DNA of 64,000 nucleotides from Lingula anatina (taxonomy: Eukaryota > Animalia > Brachiopoda): assembly GCA_051362555.1 (NCBI GenBank), contig CM120649.1:9238001-9302000 (forward strand), written 5' to 3'. The notes under the pieces were generated by a model. It saw only the letters and a program-made list of their open reading frames with translations, searched no databases and had not been told where the DNA came from. The position numbers and the translations under genes are program-made. Positions 58,739 through 64,000 of the stretch are shown piece by piece (within the stretch, counting starts at the first letter, position 1; each line of letters starts with the position of its first letter).

Positions 58739-59172
58739 AAATTATGCACCAGAGGGTGACATTGGAGTGGACAGCACTGACATATAGTAGATATAATACA
58801 CCAGGGGGTGACACTGAAGTGGACAGCACTGACATGTACTCGATAAAATATTGTTTCTGTCACTTACATACTCTGCCTTACATAAGTACTAGGAGCAGGC
58901 AATTCTCTTGCAGAAATGGAGTTCTTGGTTCTATGGGTGTAAGCTCTCTGATGGTATTTAATACTCAGTGTGGTCATTTGGAAGACATTAGTGGTGGTAT
59001 ATTTCAGATTTACAGTCCAACAGTCTCTAGCACAGGTGTCAAACATCTTCACATGTGTGGAAAGCGAACTTTTTGGAAATGATCTGTGGAGTTGTCATGA
59101 CGTTTTGTTCTTGTATTTGTCTCCCAGTCATTTAGTTAATGAATGTTGTATTGTTGTGATGGGAGAGGAGTC

Positions 59173-59178
59173 AATAAA
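59173..59178 (+). terminator. Candidate MCCC1 polyadenylation signal
   Basis: First AATAAA I find after the stop (~435 nt downstream), followed by T-rich sequence. Confidence 0.55.
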
Positions 59179-59229
59179 AAATTTAAATCTTATGAACAGA
59201 TTTTTTTACATAATATATATATATGCAAC

Positions 59230-59235
59230 TTTATT
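59230..59235 (-). terminator. Candidate polyadenylation signal of the EGF/C-type lectin gene
   Basis: TTTATT on + (AATAAA on -), ~1 kb downstream of the lectin stop codon. Confidence 0.45.
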
Positions 59236-60268
59236 TTCTTCAACATGTCTACATTTTGCGATCATGTTTTTGAAAGACTTAAAACAAAAAATGTGATTCC
59301 CAAACCTTAAGATAACTAAATGACAAATTCTACTCAAGACTGTTATTTTACCAGTGTGTCCAGGTCATGCCAGGATAACACAGCAAAATTATCCATTTCA
59401 ACAAAGCAGAATAAAACAATGAGACAAAACAAAATTGGAAAAACAAAGAAGTTAATAGATTTAAAAATGAAATAAAATCTTGCTTTTCTTGTAACAAAAA
59501 CTTAACAATTTAACATATTCAAAATATGAAATAAAAGCTCTCTTCTATTTTCAAAAATGAAGTTAAAATAACGCCTCTCCCCAGAGGCGTAAGAGAAGTG
59601 TCCACTTCAACACCTGACATCAGGTGACAGTTCAATGTGTTTACAGGCCGTATACACACTATTATCCTGTATTAAGTGGCAAATTATTCACTTTGTACAG
59701 TGCGAAATACAACAAACAAAACCTCGTGAAATAAAAACCAAAAATAAGAAAACTCCCATTTTGTCAATAATGATAAGAAACCTGCAACCACTACGGTTTT
59801 TGCCAAGTCAATTTGTATACTAGACGTATCAGTATTACCTTAATCCTTACCTGTCCATGAAATAAACAATGAAAAAATCCAATTAAAGTATGTAACTATG
59901 TAAAAGAACAAAAAGTTTTCGAAATTTCATTATCCTCTTAAGTGAAATTTGGTCAGGGAAATGCAATAAAATAGCGAGTTTGGTGCTTTTCATCTACATA
60001 TCACGTTCTGCAAGTAATATTATCAGAAAGCTATACGTAGTACTTGACCTTCATCCATTCCACGCCAAGTTATATAAAGTTTGCCAATGGCGTCTACCAA
60101 CGAACAAATCAACACTGCGATTCAGGTTGAAGCCATGCAAAACCTTTTGTGGCAATTTCCTAATAATCTTGTAAAAAAGAGCATGGTCACAATAGTCGCG
60201 TAAAAGACGCGCGCCGGTTGCTCGAAAGTTCGCTTTAAAATGGGAAATTGGGATCTGTGCCGCCAGCG

Positions 60269-60510
60269 TCACTGGGGATGCCGGTCTTGTCGCTCTGCCT
60301 CACAGATGAACGGCTGCGTAGCGTTCTGTGGTCCGTTGCACCAAAACTGACTGGCCACACATATAAACATGTACTGGTACTTTGGTCGGTAGGGGACTCT
60401 CTGGCCGACGTAGAAGTGATCCACTTGGAAGTCCTCCCCGGTCACCCAGTGCCACTTGTCGTCGTAATACTTAGCACCGACCCAGACTCTCTCGCTAGGA
60501 TGGGCGTGCT
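60269..60510 (-). CDS. EGF + C-type lectin domain protein, last exon (CTLD C-terminal half)
   Basis: VWVGAKY..WHWVTGE..C..W....PFICE, TGA at 60269-60271; long T tract and CAG acceptor. Confidence 0.88.
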
Positions 60511-60669
60511 CTGCAAAAAAAAAAAAAAATAAAATAAAATAAAAATAAAAATAAAAATGAAGAGAGAAAGAAAGAAAGATGTGCTGTGTGCCTGGACATT
60601 GGTTAATGACTGCTGTCTCGTGGTTCATGTGCATGGCAGCTCTACATACACTGAGTCTGCTATACATAC

Positions 60670-60831
60670 CTGCCAGGAACTCCACCAGTACCGCTTTCTC
60701 GTCCTCTGACGTGATCGTAGCTAGGTGTCCGCCCTGAGCCGTGCATGTGTTGGAAGCATTCGCCCAGCCCTGTCCGGCACTGACGTACTGGTAGCAACTG
60801 TTATTGAACTCGCGGAACTCTCGAGGGCACA
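60670..60831 (-). CDS. EGF + C-type lectin domain protein, CTLD N-terminal exon
   Basis: CPREFREFNNSCYQY..WANASNTCTAQGGHLATITSEDE; 162 nt, phase 1-1, GT-AG. Confidence 0.9.
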
Positions 60832-61235
60832 CTAGAAAAGAACAACAGGTAGATCAGGTTTAAACTAGGATCGTAGCTAAAACCATTTTGCTGAGAAACG
60901 TATACCCCCAAAACTCTGTACCTGGGTCTTGAACTGAGGGATGTCAACCGACGGTGATTCCAGCCAATACTTCCATGCGCCGTCATATATTTCCAGTATT
61001 TCCATTTTACGGGTGATCTCCAGGTGTAACAGCGCTGGATACAATGGTCGGTCCTCAAATTTCACGCAATAGAGAAGAAGATAAGACCCATACGTGGATC
61101 CACCCATCTATTCGGGGGTTCGGTGAGTGCAATCAGCTTAACAGATTGACAAGCCTCCACTTGACGTTAAGAAGTACCGAAAAACTAGCGATTAAACGAA
61201 TACGTTGGAAATGAGGAGGCGTGTCATTCAGTTAA

Positions 61236-61722
61236 AGGCCAACTCCATGGGATTTTCCTTTCAAAATTAAAGGGCAGTTTTCTTCTACTCAAAAATTATT
61301 GCCTCGCCCGTTCCTTCATTTGGATTCGATGTTTTTATTCCATTTTTAATTTGATAATTTAGTTTCTAATGAATGGCCAGTCATTCGACGACATCTGCCC
61401 ACATCTGCCCACATCCGCACTTAAATAAAATGGCGCGATACTTTGTATCGGGGCCCTATGCCGTGTACAATACAGACGTTGCAAGCTGACAATGGCTACA
61501 GCAAGGATGATGAGAAGGAAATAACGACGCAAGTTACGCTTCAGATAAACTTTATCTAAAGGTTTTATTGTCTTTAGAGTCTGAACTGGGAAATATAATA
61601 ATAACTAAAGGCCTATTAAAATAACCTTTACACGACACGAATATGACCGTAGGGGATTTTCAAACGCACGGAGAGAATATCTAGATATTCATTTTAGAGG
61701 GAAAATCCCATGGAGTGTCCCT
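61236..61722. mobile_element. Kolobok-type MITE in an intron of the lectin gene
   Basis: TTAA TSD; TIR AGGCCAACTCCATGGGATTTTCC / GGAAAATCCCATGGAGTGTCCCT. Confidence 0.85.
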
Positions 61723-61926
61723 TTAAGCTGATAGCACTTAGCGAGAGTCCTTGCAGAGTTGGGTTGATCTACGTACACTGATGGTGAGTCTATGGGGCTG
61801 GGGTCTCAATTATTAGACACATATTTCTGCGTTATGTTAGTGTCTTATTGTTGGTGTTTGTCTGTCTGTCAGTTTGTCTGTGTACCGGTTTGTCTGTCTG
61901 CGTGTTGATCTTGCTATCCAATTTAC

Positions 61927-62049
61927 CTGCACACCACTGTCCGTCCCCAGTGAAGCCAGCATTACACAGACAGGCGTAGTTCCCGGGCGTGTTGATACAG
62001 CTGGCGTTTTGGTGACAGGAGGACAGCCCGTCTTTGCACTCATCAATAT
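61927..62049 (-). CDS. EGF + C-type lectin domain protein, calcium-binding EGF exon; upstream exons not identified in the window
   Basis: (D)IDECKDGLSSCHQNASCINTPGNYACLCNAGFTGDGQWC; 123 nt, phase 1-1, GT-AG. Confidence 0.9.
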
Positions 62050-62779
62050 CTGAAACAGTAACACATCTTTAGTCTTTTACTGGAGACAACGGCCTTGGGC
62101 TATAACAGGTTACAGAAAACAGTCAAAAACATTGATCGATACAAGAGGTTTAAACAGAGAAAAAACTACCAGACGCAGTAATTATGTTACTGCATGTAAA
62201 AACAAAGTTACTGGGTTAAGAACCTCACGGCCAAATCTTTGAAATTAGGCCTCATTCCCAACAAAACTATATATCGTTCGAAGTAGTTCGATCCAACTCT
62301 GCAAGCGATGTCCCTAAATGCAATCGGAATACCACGCGTTAAGTCGGTGTTTTTCTGTATTCTGCTTAAAAGTAGAATACAGAAAAACTGGTGATTCTAC
62401 ACGTACATGGAAACAGGAGAAGGCACGTTAATCTGATGTGATTCAGCGAAAGTCCCCGCGGAGGCGGATCGATCTACGTTGAACGTTATAGATTCATTGG
62501 GAAGGAGATCATAGATTCGATGTCATGTACCAGAAAGTCCCCCATGACATAATAGAGAACAGAATGACCATCTATATATCTAAAGACACATCTGGGAATA
62601 TCTAGCCCAAGAAAATAAAACTATTTGTTGTCCTGGTAGAGGGTACCATGGAAGTATTAGATATGCTTCCATGGTGTTACACAGTGTATCAATGCTAAGC
62701 TGTGCAAAATATGTCTTTTCTTTAAACGGGACGGAATTCATAACTTATTAAATATACATGTATAGACACTATTTATTCT

Positions 62780-63990
62780 TAAGAAACATTTGTATAGGTT
62801 TGGAGAAATTGAAGAAACCTGGAGTTACACTGTTTGATAAAAAGATATTGGCTATCTTGTATTATGCCCCTATTTCACACAGACCACGAATCCCACGAAT
62901 CGCCAGGAATTAAAAATTTCAGGATCCGTGGTTGAATCGTAATCAGTTCGTGAAGTTCTGAACAGATTCGTATATAATCGTAGTCAGTTCTTGCAATTCT
63001 CGATCAATTGGGAATTCGTGGCAAAATTTTTGAGCTGTTCAAAATTTTGGCTGCGAAATCCCGATTCCAAAAAATCGTAGTGTAGTGAATTTCTGGACAA
63101 TATTCGTGCGATTCCAGCCGAATTCCACGAATATTCGTAACACTATCGTAACTGTATCGTAACTGAATCGTAGAGCATGTCGAATTAGACCAGAAAATTG
63201 GCAAAATCTCACGAATCCTCACGAATCCTGAAATTTGTCAATCCCTGGCGATTCGTGGGATTCGTGGTCTGTGTGAAATAGGGGCATTATGGATCTAAGT
63301 TTGGGGGTTTCACACAGGTCATGATTGCGAAATAGTCCAAAATAAGTTGTGCAAAATTTTTTTTTTTGCGTCTGGGCAGAAACACTCCAAATGCAGCAGC
63401 AAGGGGTGAATTAGGTAGAAATACGGTGAGATCTCAACGCTTAGTTAAAATTATAAAATAATAAAAATTTTAAAATATTCCGAAATCACTAGAAAATAGG
63501 CTCATTAAAGTATGTTATAATAGCATGGCAGAAAGGGATAAAGACTGTTGGGCGAGAAATGTTAAAATGTTCTATTCTCATATGGGTTAGGTATAGTTTG
63601 GCTTTCTCAGGGTGTTGAAAATGAAATTGGATTTATAAATGAATTGAAGTACGATGCAAAGACAGTGTCTAGAATGCCCGTTTTACAACGATTTGAGAGA
63701 AAAGTGGTTACCAAACATACGGAGTAGAAAAAATGTGTCAGACAAAACACTTGTAGAAATCATGTCTACAGTTGATGCAGCACTTATCCGCAGAGTAGCT
63801 GCTTTTCTAGTTCACGCAGAGAATAAGAGAAACATGATTTTAGAGGTTTTAAAAAAATGAAAGCAAGAGTGCATTGCAAAAGAGTTAAAGGTATTAACCC
63901 CGATGTTAAAATATTGCTCAATGATGTAATTATGTGTATGATGTCCTATTGTTTGTCTCATTACATATTAATTGTTGGCTTATGTTTCTG
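62780..63990 (+). mobile_element. Decayed 3' region of a non-LTR retrotransposon (RTE-X/CR1-like), split by the MITE
   Basis: Removing the MITE joins LFDKKILAILY to YGSKFGGF; then RNTPNAAARGELGR, WARNVKMFLFSYGLGIVW and LECPFYNDLR. Confidence 0.7.
62865..63286. mobile_element. Complete 422-bp PIF/Harbinger-type MITE
   Basis: TTA TSD; long TIR TGCCCCTATTTCACACAGACCACGAATCCCACGAATCGCCAGG and its reverse complement. Confidence 0.92.
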
Positions 63991-64000
63991 TTATACCATT

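Noticed and set aside
60269-60832. Single 187-aa lectin ORF from the ORF track
   Set aside because: It reads through a 159-nt GT-AG intron (60511-60669); the FYFYFY..FFFF stretch is the pyrimidine tract, not a transmembrane helix.

Overview
Eukaryotic, AT-rich, intron-containing animal DNA; the repeat landscape suggests a lophotrochozoan, probably a mollusc (inference). The core is a complete 17-exon methylcrotonoyl-CoA carboxylase alpha gene (MCCC1, + strand, CDS 14762-58738, 723 aa by hand splicing). It lies tail-to-tail with the 3' end of an EGF + C-type lectin gene (- strand). The rest is mostly decayed mobile DNA: two BEL/Pao LTR elements, an R4/Dong-like LINE, an L1/Tx1 LINE, a near full-length DIRS element, Kolobok/piggyBac/Harbinger-type MITEs and several Helitron/Helentron-type (HINE) elements, one carrying a ~146-bp satellite with higher-order structure. 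The most unusual pattern is that six MCCC1 splice sites (acceptors of exons 5, 8, 9, 17; donors of exons 8, 10) and the stop codon each form the end unit of their own, mutually unrelated tandem repeat, several of which create decoy splice sites. Coordinates were counted by hand: exon and TSD boundaries were checked base by base, while ends of old elements are approximate.
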